Below, one piece after another: positions 37,368-52,400 of a stretch of DNA of 64,000 nt. This DNA comes from Anaeramoeba ignava BMAN. Taxonomy: Eukaryota; Protista; Anaeramoebae. The stretch's first letter is position 1, and the number at the start of each line of letters is the position of its first letter. Made by a program: the position numbers and the translations under genes. The stretch covers positions 186,001-250,000 of the forward strand of contig JAPDFW010000075.1 of NCBI GenBank assembly GCA_028826165.1, in the 5' to 3' direction. Below the pieces are notes generated by a model. It had not been told where the DNA came from. It saw only the letters and a program-made list of their open reading frames with translations, and made no database searches.

Positions 37368-40130
37368 ATTAATTAATTTTTTTTTCTTATTTTTTTTTTC
37401 TTAAAAATTATCTCATTTATATATTTAATTTAAAATTTTTTTATTTATTTTTTTATTTATTTTTTTTATTTAATTAATATAAATAAATTTAATTTAATTT
37501 ATTTAATTTTAATATTTAAATTTATTTCAATATTTAATTTTAAATAAATATAATTAAATATTATTAATAAATATAATTAAATTTAATTTATTTTTATTTT
37601 AAAAAAAAGTGGAATAAAAAATATTTTATTTAATTAATCTTTAAATTAAAATCTATTTTTAATTAAATTTTAATATTTAATTTTATTTTAATATTTAATT
37701 TTAAATAAATATAATTAAATATTATTAATAAATATAATTAAATTTAATTTATATTTTTATTTCAAAAAGTGGAATAAAAATATTTTATTTAATTAATCTT
37801 TATTTCAAAAAGTGGAATAAAAATATTTAATTATTTTATTTAATTTAAAATATATACAAGACCATTAATTAATTTTTCTTATTTTTCTTAAAAATTATCT
37901 CATTTATACCTAATTTTTAAAATTTTTAATTTATTTTTATTTATTTTTATTTAATTAATATAAATAAATTAAATATATTTTATTTAATTTTAATATTTAA
38001 ATTTATTTTAATATTTAATTTAAATAAATATAATTAAATATTATTAATAAATATAATTAAATTTAATTTATTTTTATTTTTAAAAAGTGGAATAAAAATA
38101 TTTTATTTAATTAATCTTAATTTAAAAAGTGGAATAAAAATATTTAATTATTTTATTTAATTTAAATATATACAAGACCATTATTTAATTTTTCTTATTT
38201 TTCTTAAAAAAATTATCTCATTTATACATAAATTTTAAAATTTTTAATTTATTTTATTATTTAAAATATTTTTATTTAATAAATATTAATAAATTTAATT
38301 TATTTTATTTAATTTTAATATTTAATTTTTTTATTTCAATATTTTAATTTTAAAATAAATATAATTAAAATTATTATTAAATATTATTAATTTAATTTAT
38401 ATTTTATTTCAAAAAGTGGAATAAAAATATTTTATTTAATTAATCTTAATAAATTAAATTTATTTTATTTAATTTTAATATTTAATTTTATTTTAATATT
38501 TTAATTAAATAAATAAATATTATTAAATATTATTAATAAATATAATTAAATATAATTTATATTTTATTTCAAAAAGTGGAATAAAAATATTTTATTTAAT
38601 TAATCTTAATTTCAAAAAGTGGAATAAAAATATTTAATTAATTTATTTAATTTAAATATATACAAGACCATTATTTTATTTTTTCTTATTTTTCTCAAAA
38701 TTATCTCATTTATATTAATTTTTAATTTAAAATTTTTATTTATTTTTTTATTTATTTTTTTTTTAATAAATATTAAAAATTTAATTTATTTTATTTAATT
38801 TTAATATTTAAATTTATTTTAATATTTAATTTTAAATAAATATAATTAAATATTATTAATAAATATTATTAAATTTTAATTTATATTTTATTTCAAAAAG
38901 TGGGATAAAAATATTTTATTTAATAAATCTTTAATTTCAAAAAGTGGAATAAAAATATTTAATTATTTTATTTAATTTAAAATATATACAAGACCATTAT
39001 TTATTTTTCTTATTTTTCTTAAAAAAATTATCTCATTTATACCTAATTTTTAAAATTTTTATTTATTTTTTTTTATTTATTTTTATTTAATTAATATAAA
39101 TAAATTAAATCTATTTTATTTAATTTTAATATTTAATTTTATTTTAATATTTAATTTTTAAATAAATATAATTAAATATTATTAATAAATATAATTAAAT
39201 TTAATTTATATTTTATTTCAAAAAGTGGAATAAAAATATTTTATTTAATTAATCTTAATTTCAAAAAGTGGAATAAAAATATTTAATTATTTTATTTAAT
39301 TTAAATATATACAAGACCATTATTTTATTTTTCTTATTTTTCTTAAAAATTATCTTATTTATATATTTATTTTTATTTTAAAAATTTTTATTTATTTTTA
39401 TTTATTTTTATTTATTTTAATTAATATTAATAAATTAAATTTATTTTATTTAATTTTAATATTTAAATTTATTTTTCAATATTTAATTTTAAATAAATAT
39501 AATTAAATATTATTAATAAATATAATTAAATTTAATTTATATTTTATTTCATTTTTGGAATAAAAATATTTTATTTAATTAATCTTAATTTCAAAAAGTG
39601 GAATAAAAATATTTAATTAATTTATTTAATTTAAATATATACAAGACCATTATTTAATTTTTTTTTTTCTTATTTTTTTTTCTTAAAAATTATCTCATTT
39701 ATATATTTAATTTAAAATTTTTATTTATTTTTATTTATTTTTATTTTATTTTAATTAATAAAATAAATTTAATTTTAATTTATTTAATTTTAATATTTAA
39801 ATTTATTTAATATTTAAATTTTAAATAAATATAATTAAATATTATAATAAATATAATTAAATTTAATTTATTTTTATTTTTTTGGAATAAAAATATTTTA
39901 TTTTAAATATTAATAAATTAAATCTATTTTATTTTATTTTAATATTTAATTTTATTTTAATATTTAATTTTAAATAAAATTATTAAATATTATTAATAAA
40001 TATTATTAATAAATATTATTAAATTTTAATTTATTTTTTATTTTAAAAAAAAGTGGAATAAAAAATATTTTATTTAATAAATATCAATAAATTAAATCTA
40101 TTTTATTTAATTTTAATATTTAAATTAATC
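37359..40130. repeat. Tandem array (~320/490-bp units) containing the first 9 nt of the tRNA and its 5' flank
   Basis: TACAAGACCATT...TTATCT(C/T)ATTTAT recurs at 37359, 37855, 38171, 38661, 38987, 39310 and 39640. Confidence 0.88.
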
Positions 40131-40190
40131 TAAATTCATTTTTTTTAATTTATTTATTTAAATTTTTTTTAATTTCATTTTTTTTTTATT

Positions 40191-41249
40191 ATGCTTCAAA
40201 CAATTTCTCCAAATTTCCAAGAAGAAAATAACTCACAAGAATTAGAACAATTTATTCGACAAGCAACATCACAACCATTCCAAGAATTAATAAAACTCCC
40301 ACAAAAACTAGACACAGAAATTTTACAAATCGAAAAAAATCAAGAGCAATTTGTATTTACAAATTATCAACGAATTATCAAAAACTTTTCCAGCGTAAAA
40401 GAAATCAAAAACCAGCTTGGAAAAATACACACAAATCTATCAAAATCACAAACTCAAATCACTCAATTAACAAGCAATTTGAAAGAATTTTCAACTAATA
40501 TTCCTGAATATCTTCAAAATCAAGAACAAAGTCAAAAATCACTTGATAAACACACTCAAATATTACAGCTTCTGGAGATCAAACAGCTCATGGAAACTTG
40601 TCTTAAAAACGAAAGTTACGATGATTGTTTAAGACTCACTCAATTTTCAAAAAAATTCTTTAAGAAAAATAAAAAATCTCTCCCTTGGATCCAAGACATG
40701 TTCTCAAACGACATCTCACAAGTCACCAAAGACATGCAGAACCAACTTCTCAATAAACTCTCAAAACCGGTACAATTACCCAAGGCCCTCTATATTGTCT
40801 CCACTCTCAAGAAAATAGGCCATCTTTCTCAAATTGATTTAAAAGCTCTTTTCGTTTCAAAAAGAAATGAATGGCTCAATGATTCTCTCAATTCACAACT
40901 CAAATCCCTCGTTGACCTCCGTGAATACGACAGAATATCCAAATATACAGACACTCTCCGCAGCGGAATGTTCGAAATCATTACTCAATTCAACTCCGCT
41001 TTTGGAATCCAACCTTCAAATTACGAAATTCTCCACGATTGGATTTATCATAGAATATCAATATGGATGTCTCAATTAGAAATATCAATTCCAAAAATCT
41101 CAAATGATTCTTTATTGAAAAGTTTATTTGAGCAATGCTTAAATTTTGCTGCTTCTCATGCAAGAATTGGAACAGATTTTTCAGGAATTATAATTCCTTT
41201 TTTAAATTCATTTTCAAAAGAAAATTTTAGATTTGAAATTAAAAATTAA
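40191..41249 (+). CDS. COG8: Conserved oligomeric Golgi complex subunit 8 (Dor1-like)
   Basis: FTNYQRII, HTQILQLLEIKQLMETCLKNESYDDCL, LSKPVQLPKALYIVSTL, MFEIITQF, SLFEQCLNFAASHARIGTDF. Confidence 0.8.
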   Translation: MLQTISPNFQEENNSQELEQFIRQATSQPFQELIKLPQKLDTEILQIEKNQEQFVFTNYQRIIKNFSSVKEIKNQLGKIHTNLSKSQTQITQLTSNLKEFSTNIPEYLQNQEQSQKSLDKHTQILQLLEIKQLMETCLKNESYDDCLRLTQFSKKFFKKNKKSLPWIQDMFSNDISQVTKDMQNQLLNKLSKPVQLPKALYIVSTLKKIGHLSQIDLKALFVSKRNEWLNDSLNSQLKSLVDLREYDRISKYTDTLRSGMFEIITQFNSAFGIQPSNYEILHDWIYHRISIWMSQLEISIPKISNDSLLKSLFEQCLNFAASHARIGTDFSGIIIPFLNSFSKENFRFEIKN

Positions 41250-41357
41250 ATAAAAATTTAATTTGATATTTTTTATTTTTAAAAAAAGTGGATCAAATAA
41301 AAAAAAAATAAATCACATTTTAATTTTAATTTTTAATTTTGATTTTTGATTTTTTTT

Positions 41358-42737
41358 TCAATTAAATTTAAATGCAATTTGTGTTGAATGGAGAAGATAT
41401 AAAATTGCCATTTCTCTTATTCCTGATTTCTTAAATTGATCTTGATTTTTATAATTTTCACTTTTCCATCCTTTTAAATTTTCATTGTGTTTTTTTTCAC
41501 ATTCAATCATTTTTTCTTTTTGATTTTGATCCAAAATTAGTTCTTGAGGAACATTTTCCTTTCCATCATATAACTCATCATTTCCATGTGGTGATTCTGA
41601 ATCTGATGAATCTCCCCAATCAATATTATCAGCAGGATTTGCATTTGTATTCAACCACATTAACAAATTAGGATCATAAATCATTCCACTTATTTCTATA
41701 AAATTAACAGAAAAATGTTTTATTTTTTATTTTTTTTGCTTTTTAATTTTTTAGATTTGATTTGATTTGATTTACTTTGTGTCATCATTGATCCATGAAA
41801 TCTTCTAATTAATCCCAATTTGGAACGTTTGATAGTTTTCAAAAAATCTCCATTTTTTTCTGTTTGAAAATCATCAAATTTTTTTTCTTCATCTGAATCT
41901 AAAAAATTGGAAAAATCTTCTTCATTTTGTTCATTTTTTATATTTTGTTCATTTTTTATATTTTGTTCATTTTTTATATTTTGTTCATTTTTTATATTTT
42001 GTTCATTTTTTATATTTGGTTCTTTAATTTCAACAAATCGTGATGGAGTTTTGAAATCATTTTGTGTTCTTTTAATTTGAGTTGGTGAATCTGGTTCTTT
42101 ATATTTAATTAAAATATCCTGAATTCTTAGATTCTTTTTTTTTGCTGGTTCTGAATGTATTTTCTTCATGTTTTTTTTAGTTCCCAAATCCAACTTCAAA
42201 TTTGGTGTGTTTGTTTTAAATTTCATCTTCAAATTTTGGATTTTTTCTTGATTTTTTCCACTCCAATTAAGTTTTTCAAAAAATTGTTTTGATTTTGATT
42301 CTAAGTTCATTTCCATTTGTTGATTAGAAATTTCGAATATTTTATTGATTGAATTTAAATTGTCATTATTTTCTACAATTTTATAAATTTTATAAATTTT
42401 ATAAATTTTATAAATGAATTTTGATTTTGATTTTGATTTTAATTTTGATTTTGATTTTGATACTTATTTTATTTTCTGATGACGAATTTGATTTTGATAT
42501 TTTGTGAAATTTTTTTATATTTATATTATTAATATTATTATCAGAATCAAATTCTTTCCATTTCCAAAGTTTTTTTTGAATTTTTTCATTTTGAATTTGA
42601 ATTTGATTTTCATTTTGATTTTGATTTTGATTTTTGTTAATTGATAATTTTTTGATTGTATCATTAATTAATGATTGAATTTCATGAAATAAATAATCTG
42701 TTTCCGATTGAAAATTTTGATCTTTTCCAAAATACAT
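41358..42737 (-). CDS. Hypothetical low-complexity protein; complement(join(41358..41695,41776..42372,42464..42737))
   Basis: Three ORFs are joined in frame by GT-AG introns. Contains NIKNEQ repeats. No family recognised. Confidence 0.6.
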
Positions 42738-43478
42738 TATTATTATTATTATTTCTTTTTTTTTCTTTTTTATTTCTTTTTAAAAAACAAAAATTATAAT
42801 AAAAATAACAGAACAGAACAGAACAAAACAAAGATAAACAATAAAATTTAAAATAAAATTTAAAATAGAATTGTTTTTTGAATTGATTTTTGTTAACGAA
42901 TTATTTTTGTTATTAGTTTTAAAAAAAAAAAAGAATTGGAAAAAAAAAATGAAAAAAAAATTTTTGTTGTTTTTATTTTTGTTTTTTTTGTGTTTTGAAT
43001 TTAAAATAAAAGAAAATTTTTCATCATCTTATTTTAAAAAAGATGTAAAAAAATTTTTTATTTTCTTTTATTTATTATTTTTTTGAATTTTTCTTTTTAT
43101 ATTGATTTTAATTCTTTGGTGAGTTTTGACAAATAATTTAAAAATTTAAATTTTTAAAAAAAATAAAAACAAATTATTCGCTTCGATCCCACCATTTTTA
43201 TAATATAAAAAAAGAAAAATGAAAATTTAAATTTTGAAAAAAAAAAAAAAATAATTTTTGTTTTTTTTGTTTTTTTTTGTTTTATTTTTAAAAAGAAAAT
43301 AAAAGAAAAATTAAAAAAAAAAATCCAAAAATGAAAACAAATTCTTATTCAAATTCTTATTCTAATTCTAATTATAATTCTCATTCTTATTCTTATTCTT
43401 ATTCTTTTATAAAAAAATTTTGGATTGTTTTTTTATATTCATAAATCAATAAATCAATCAATCTATAAATTTATCGAT

Positions 43479-46400
43479 CTAAAACCAAGGAAATAAACCA
43501 GGATGAAGAAGTGATAATTTTTCTAAAGATTGACATTGTTGAATTAGGTCTTTTACAGGTTTATTATTATTATTTGATTTTTGATTTAAATTATCAATAT
43601 GAGTTTTTTTTGGATCAAGAAAAGAAATTCTTTCCATAATTAATCCCACATTTTGTTCCACTTTTTCTAAAGCAGGAGTTGTTAAATTCAAATAAGGAAT
43701 AATTTGGTTTTTTGCAAAGGAATAAAAATTAGGTTTTGGATCATTTTGAAAATTTGGATTTGGATTAGAATAATAATCAGAATCATCATCGTAATCGCAA
43801 TTATAGTTAGAAATTGATATATTTTGAGATTTTGCTAATTTTTGAATTTTGACAAGTTGGAAAAATAATAATTGGTCTCGAATCAGAAGATTCAAATAAT
43901 TTTGGAACTCAAATGATTTTTCAGCAAAGCATTGAGAAGTTGTTGTTAAAACAGTTGAAAACGGGCCTAAAATGCCAATTTGTGTCATGAAATTCGCAAT
44001 ATTTGGGGTAAGTCTAAATGCCACATCGTTTTGTGTTAATGGTTTCAATACTTGGTTCTCATCCATTCTAATTTTGATTCTTGTGTGCTCAACATATCCT
44101 GTTTGCGAATCAAAAGAATAAGAGTTGGGTTCGTAATCGTAGGAGCTAAAAAGAAATCTGATCCAATAATTCAATCCAAGTTCAAGAATGAATTGCTTGC
44201 GAAATATCCAAGTGTCTCTAACCGAGGAAAGCATTGAAAACACAAACTTGTGAAGAATACTGGGAGGAACATATAGATCCTGGATTTCCTGGAAAACCTC
44301 AATCTTTTTTTGAAGATCTCTTTTTGGATCGCCAGTTTCCACAACGTTTTCAAAATAATACAAAAGAGATCCCATGCTGTCAACTTCTTTATTTTCGCAA
44401 TAATCGAAAAACACCTGCTCAAAAGACAGCTTGGTCGAATCCTCGCTGATTAGTTGTGTGTCTTTAGTGATTCCTATTATTGGCGATACATGGAAGTGTA
44501 TCCCTCTTTTCGCGGTTTGTATAAAATTCGCAAGATGCACGTTTAGAAACTGCAGTAGTTGAGTCAATCTGCTCTCTAAAAACAATTCTCTTCGCGACGA
44601 TTTATGAACCCGAAACGGATATAATTTCCCGTCGTCTCCAATAAAGATGATTTTACGATCCGATGATGGATGATTTGGTATTGCCTGGATTTCTGGATAT
44701 ATTCGGTGTATTTTCACATGATTCAAATAATTTGATTTCAAAAGCAAGTACTGTCCGGGTATCTCGACTAATCCCTCGCCTTGGAATCGCGCAAGAAATT
44801 GGTCCTCTTTCTCCAGATTTTTTCCTTTTCTTTTCAGTTTTAGTTCCGGTTCTTTTTCAAATCGGAATGTCATAAATCTGTCGAAACACTCTTCTATTGT
44901 GATCATTGGCTTTTTTCGGTTGCTCATTTTATTTGAATAGCCTCTTTCTTTTGGGTTTGACGAGAAATTCCATGGATAATTATTCAAAATGGGTATTTTT
45001 TCGATCGAAATACGATCCTTCAGTGATTTGCATTTTCTCAGCTTCTTTAATAAAACAGTGAACGAATAATCCATCTCCATAATTTCATCGTCTTTGTGGT
45101 AATTCGCGATTATTGAGCATATCAGTAAATCAATCTGCTTTGTTGGGGCTTGAAAGTTGTAAATTTCTTGATTCTCAAAATTTTGTTGTTCATGACGCTT
45201 TAAATCCTCCACAAGATTATTCAATGTGGAAAGCGCATCCTCGAACTTCTTTCCTTTGATTTTATGAGAAGAATGAACCTGTCTGACAACCTTTAATGAA
45301 TAATAAACCGATTGCGGGTATTTGGCTCCAATTTTCATCAAAATATGTCTGTATATTTGCATTCCACTTTTCTGGAATAACCCATGGAGCAATTCAAGAA
45401 TCCATGGAATCCACAAGTTCATCGGCAGATGCAAAGGAGATATATCAATAGGCATCTCAAAACTGGGATGAAATATATCGTGGTTGTTATAAAGATACAA
45501 AACTCTCGGAATCAGCGCAAAGTTCTTGTCGTTGATAAGCACAATAGAACGCAAATAATAAGTGATTGCTTGCTGTCCCCATATCGGGTCTTTTGTGGAT
45601 GTGTAAACCTGGTCGCAAAACTTGCCCCATGACTCCCAATTCTTGCCAATCTTATCGCTTGTCCGAACGCTTTCGAAAAATTCTGTATTCGCTTCGGAAT
45701 ACTTCCCAATTTTCGTTAGTAATTCCCCTTTCAATCTCTTAAATACAGATCGTTGGTTTGGATCGGGGAAATGTGACAATTTATCCTCAGTCAAAAACTC
45801 AAGCATCTCAGGTATTTTATACGGCATTTGCTGATAGCATCTCGCTTTGATTTTAAGTTGTTTCACCATATCACTTGATGAAACATTTGCCAGTTTGAAA
45901 ATTTGATTCAAAACATTCAGTGATTGTTGGATCGCTCCATGTTTGCGATGAATATTTGCAATCTTCACAAATAATTTCCCATATTCATGAATCCCTATAG
46001 GATTGCTTTTGAACATTGGATCCAGTTTCTCGATAAAATGCCAAATGTAGGTGTAAATCTGCTTTCGCCAACTGAAAACATTTTCCCACACCATAACATC
46101 TTCTCTTTTCGGAGGTACTCTTTCTTGCCAAGCTCGGAAAAAGTTTTTCAGAAGATTTGTAATTTCTTGAGTTGGTGTATTTACGATCTGCGGGAATAAA
46201 TCCACAGATTCCATAAATTCATGGTGATATTGTAATTTCTGCAGAAATTTGATGTGAAGATTGTCAAATTCTTTCGGTAGATTTGCCCATTCCACAAATA
46301 AAAGTGAGCGCATTTTTGTGTAAACTTTTTTATGATCAAGAAACTCATTTGAAATTTGTCTTTTTTGCTCCATAGTTAAATTAATTTTTTGTTGATAAGA

Positions 46401-49400
46401 TGGATTTTGCATTTGGTTTATTTGGTTTATTTGATTTATTTGATTCATTTGGTTTATTTGATTCATTTGCTCATGAATAATTTCTTGAGGATTTGATGTT
46501 CTAGTATTTAATGAATTAACTTCTCTAACTTGAGAATTAGAAGGTAAAGTTGCTCCTCTTGTTCTTATTGAATGTCTCCGAGTTTGTCGAGTTCCAACAC
46601 CAAGATTATTGTTATTATTATTATTATTATTGTTATTATTATTATTATTGTTATTATTATGATTGGCTTGTGATTGAATTGTTGAATTAGCATGCGAATA
46701 TTCTATATTAATTTTATTCCGATTTACTTGATGAGAATTTGGTGGATATGCCTGAATATGATTTGGTTGATCTATTGATATTGATAATAGATGCGGTATT
46801 TGTGTATAATTTATATTTGGTCTCATTGGATTTCCAAATGCATTTTTTAATATCATTGCTAAATTCTTCTGAGATTTTTTGAAACGAAGATAACCAAAAT
46901 ACAGGATGAATTGGGAATCTTGAAACATAAGCTTTTTGAATGTTGATTCGTACTCTTGCAATTTTCCAGCCTTCCAAGCCGAATCAAGTAGTAGTGGATA
47001 GTGCTCGAAAGATTTTGAAATCTCAATAAGATTATCATATTGCGAAAGCATTTGCGAGCAAAATATCCACTGCTCTTCACAAAACCCAATTTCTCCTTTG
47101 CTAATCAATTGCGGTCTTTCGTAAAGAGAAACATTCAATAATGATTTTGCAAAACAATTTTGAGCCTTTTCCCACATTCCATGCTTAGCGAAAAAAATGC
47201 CCTCTTTTGTATTTTCGTTGACAGAAATGGAATCCCACAATCCGTATAAAAAATCAAGCTCTCCCAATTTATGATACATTATGGATAGTTCGGTGTTCAT
47301 TTCGTCTCGTTCTTCTTTTTTCGCAATATCTCTCGATGTTGTGTACAGATTGACAAACCGAGGGGTTGTAATATTCCATTAAAGATGTAACAATATGCCA
47401 TTCTTTGAAATATTCTGAAAGAAGCTTGAGTTTTGGTGTGGAAATGACAAGTTTTGGTTGGCACAAGAAAAATCCTTCTAATATTGATTTGGAAAGCTCT
47501 GGACTAATGTGCTTTGGTTCTTCAAGCATGAGATCAATCAGTGATTTCGCAACTTCTTGTCTTTCCTCGTTTGTTCCCAATATCGATTCCCAAATTTGCC
47601 AAAAGAAATTGGGCCATAATGCTTGTGTAAAGCGGGGATCCTTATCTATTAAATCCATAAGTGGATCAACCAAAACTTTCAACTCAATTGATTCCAAATC
47701 TTGATCCAAATTCGTCAATAAATTGAAAAAAACAGGTGAATTTTTTTCCTTCACTTCTTGCTGCTTTTGTTTGTATTTTCTCGAAGATTTCAAAGAAACA
47801 GACTCAGAATTAAATGAATAAACAAGTCTGTTTTGCATATTTGCACATTGGATTGTTAATTTCAAAATGTGTCTGATCCAAAACGGAAATATTTTGGGTT
47901 TCCATTGCTTGCGGGTGGTCACATGAAAAACTCGTTCCCGCAAAGTATATCGAGGCATGATTTCGTGGATGATGTTGAAGAAATGTATTCGTGTTGATTT
48001 ATCCTCTGAAACCAATCCGTACATGAACATTTGTTGGAAGAATTCGCGAGAGCTTTTCAGATTCTCATCTTTGGAAACTTGAAGCAAAATATCGAGAATC
48101 AACTGTCTAATTGTGCGATCGAAAACGTTGCTATATAGCACAACAAAACTATGCATAAACGCAATTTTTTCATCTGGAGATAGAACAAGTTGGATATATT
48201 TATGGGAATGCTCCCATCCTGTTTGGTTTTTATTTTTTAATGAGTCGAGCGGAATAAAAGGATCTTCCAAATCATCGTTATTATTATTATTATTGTTGTT
48301 ATTGTTATTATTATTATTATTCTCGTCATCAAATTGAATAATATTGTTAGTATTTATAAAGTCATTTGGCCAGCTATTTTCATTGTTTGTTTTCTTGAAT
48401 TTTGCATTTTCGTTACTATCTCTTGACATCCATGTCTGGATAACTTCCACAATGTCTCGAAGAAGCGAGACTTCTACACTTCTTGTCAAAAGTCTGCTGA
48501 CCCAAGAGAAAAATTGAGTTCGTATTTGTGGATAATCATGCAACCGAAAACTGATCATGAAAAATGAATCGCGAATATTATTTAGTATGTTTTTGATTTG
48601 CCATTCAGGATAAGATTTCATTCGGTGCAGATCTTCGGTGTGTATTTTCACAGAGTACTTGAAAATGGAAAAAATATTTTGCAAATTTTGGTCGAACAAT
48701 TTGGGGAATGAAGGATAAGTCACGCGAAAAAACACAGAAATGCCGAAGATATTGCATTCTTTCCAATCGCTCTGCATAATTTTGGGGAAAACCATTTGCT
48801 GGCTTGACAAGACTATTTCCTTGATTCTTTTCACAAAAATACTCATTTTATCTTTTTGCAGTTTCCTTCTGGAATTCATGAAAATATCTGTTGATATCAT
48901 TGGCCGAAGAAGTCCTTTGATTAATTTGCTTCCGTAAATCAAAAGCTCTCTTTCATTGAGTGGGATGATTTCTTGGAGCATGTTTGTGAAATCATCACCA
49001 TTTTCCACAGTGATGTAATAAGGATCATACAACCCAAGTAAGAATAATAGGTGATAAAACTGTCCGTGTTTTTCTCTCGAGTGAATAACTTCCTGGAAAA
49101 AATATTTCTTCACGAAATCAAATTTAATTACTTTCTCAGGCCAATATCGCAGGCACTTCTTAATCAAATCAAGACTGGGTTTGTTCAATTTTTGACTCTT
49201 TAATGAGAAATATATTAAAATTTCTGAGATTCGATCAAAAATGTATGCATCCAATGAGTCTTTAATATATATATTTTTCTGGAACTGAAGTTTATTTGGC
49301 ATTTGTGTTTGTTCGCTTTGCATTTGTTGTGTTTGTGTATTTTCAATCTCTTTGCTCTTGTTGACTTTTTTTTTCCAAATAACAATAGTATTGATGATTC

Positions 49401-52400
49401 TAAGAATTTCATCTTCCTGTGTTTTCAGAATATTGAAATATCTCATAAGCGGTAACACAAAAAAACTTTGATACTGATAAAAAAATTCATGGTTTTCAAT
49501 AATAATTTTATATATTTGAGAATCTTCATCAACATTATCGTAATCATACAACAATTCATTTTTCAAAGTTAATACCCAATGTGGGATTTGATTCGAATAG
49601 TCTAAATTTGAACTTGGGATCATGGAAATTTTCTCTGTAAAATCATTCACAATTCTCATTATCCCTTTGCCTGGAAAAATTCTCAATTCCCTGATCAAAT
49701 ACTGAAATATTTTGGTAATTTCCTCTTGGTTTTCTTTGTGGTGGTACAAATCAAAATGATAAACAACTATATAATATGCATTTTTTCGGACTTCCATATT
49801 TCTATTTTGGATCTGTTCAATCACAAAATTGAAAATTGATTCCTGAAAATCTTTCTCGACAAAATTAGGCTCAATTTCGAAAATGAGATAGATGATCTGT
49901 AGTACTTGGGAAATGAGGCTATTTGTATCTTCTTTCTGATTGTATTGCGCAGTAAGTTCTGGATTATTTTTCAAAATGGCAAAGATTTCTTTGAGAATAA
50001 ATGGAGCACTTTGCAAGATGACATATTCATTTTCTGATATTTTTGATTTTGATATTTGTTCTGATATTTTTGATTTTGGTATTTGTTCTGATATTTTTGA
50101 TTTCGGTATTTGTTCTGATATTTTTGATTTTGATATTTGTTCTGATATTTTTGATTTTGATATTTGTTCTGATATTTTTGATTTTGATATTTGTTCTGAT
50201 ATTTTTGGTTTTGATATTTGTTCTGATATTTTTGGTTTTGATATTTCTTCTGATGTTTTTGGTTTTGATGAACATTTACATTCATAGCTGAGAAGAGGCA
50301 TATAAATTGCCTTTAAAATGAGAGAAATTTTGGAAATTGCGACATCTTGTTGATTTTTGATCTTATCTAGCAAATTATGAATAATTTCGTTCTTGATCTC
50401 TATTGTGCAGACATTAGGCAGAGATTCAAAAAAGAAATCTCTCAAAAATCGATCATCAGCAATCCTGCGTTCTTGGAAATATTTGGATAACAAAAATATT
50501 ATTTTTGTGTTTGGCTGAGCTTGGAAATAGGAGATGAGAATTTTGGAAAGATCATGGAGAATGCCTTGATATTCAAAAACATTGCGGTAACTTTTATCCT
50601 TGTGCTTTAATAATTTGATCAAATTATTCACTATTTTCCAGTACTTGATAATTTCGTTCATCAATTCTGTGTTCTGAAGGGTCTTTTCAAGAGAGAAATG
50701 ATATAAAGAAATGATAATGTTAAAATATTTGCCGAGTTTCTTCATTTGTGATAAATAAACTGAGATGATGCTTGTGTTAGTATTTTGAGAAGGTGTGTCC
50801 TTTTCGAAAGCAATCTCGATAAATTTGGTGCAGTTTTCAAGGAGTTGTTCTCTTATCTTGTCTGCCTTTTTGCTTGTGATTATGGAAACAAACAACTCCA
50901 CTTCCTGGTCGTTTCCGTTTGCAGGAAGAACCTTATCCAGGAAATATTCGATGAAATTATGCGGGTATTTATTGACGTAGTTTTCAAAGGATCGGTGGAT
51001 TTGGTCTGCTACGACTCCCTTCATTTTGTGTTTGAAATGGAGCGTAATATCTTTTAGCTCAGGAAGAAAGATGTTAGTTGGGATAAATTCAAATATGTTC
51101 ATGATTGTTGTTATTAGTGATGAAAATTTTCTCAAGCTGGTTTTGGAATCATATAAATTTTTCATATAGTTTATGAGAATATATCCGAATTTCGGTTCCA
51201 ATATTCCTGAAAAAAGTTTTGTGATGTTGAGAATTCCTGAGAAAAAAAACATGTTTCTTCTTCGGTTCTCTTGCAAAATATTGTAATGAATTTTTAATAT
51301 AATCTCGTATTTAGGCAGATCAATTATTTTTTGAGAAATCATATTCTCCAAAGCAGCTTTCGAATCACGCACAACATGCTGGTTCTCGTGGGAAATGAGT
51401 GAGAAAAGCCCGCAAATGATTCTGTTCCTGATTTTTTGGTGGCTCGGCGAAACCAGTACTTGAGAAATGATTAAATGGGAAAGAAACTCGATCTTGGCTT
51501 TATATAATGCCTCTTGTCTCGGGAATGAATTGCTGCGATGCGGAACAGACTCTGCTCCTGTGGGCTGCTTTCCATTTCTTTTTGGCAAATCAAGACAATA
51601 TTTTCTCGTGTAAAATTGCATTAATTGCGATTCAATGTCTTCGTTGTCATAAATATAAGCAATCTGGTCTTGGAATAAAATTAGTGTGTGATTCGCAATA
51701 TTAACAAGAAAGTTGATGAAAAGATCATCTAAACTTTGAGGAGAGATGCGCAAAATAAAACAGATTGCATTGAAAAATCGTGTTTGTGAACTTGAAATTT
51801 TGTAATAGAAGCTTGTTCCAATGAATTGCTGATCGCGATAGAATTTTTGGAAAAACCTTGAAATGATTCCTGCGATTAGTCTTTTATTTTCTGGATAGAA
51901 TTTCTCGATGATTTCTTGAGAAGTTTTACGAGTTATTTCATTTGTTGAAAATATTTCTTTAAGAAGAAGCAAAAATAAGTTTTCACAAATTTTGGATGTT
52001 TGGAAATGATTTCCAGATTGATTATTTATATTTATATTTATATTGTTATTGTTATTGTTATTATTATTTATATTTATATTTATATTGTTATTAGAATTTT
52101 CCCAATTCTCGCTTTCTACATCCATTTCTATTCCCATATTCATATCTATTTCTGCGCCCATTCCATTCATTTCCGATTGATCTTTCTCATTTTCTTCTTG
52201 ATCCAATGGTATTTTTGTGAATTTTTCATCGCTTGAAAATAAATGGGAGTTGTTTAAGTTGTCTGGATTGTTTGGATTCGGAACTTGCTCTGTACCATAT
52301 ACTTCAAGTAGTTTTGATATCACTTGAACCAAAGTTGATTTTGCCTTTTGGTACAGAACAAAGGAAGAATCTTGAGGAGAGTCCTGGATCACAGATAGCA

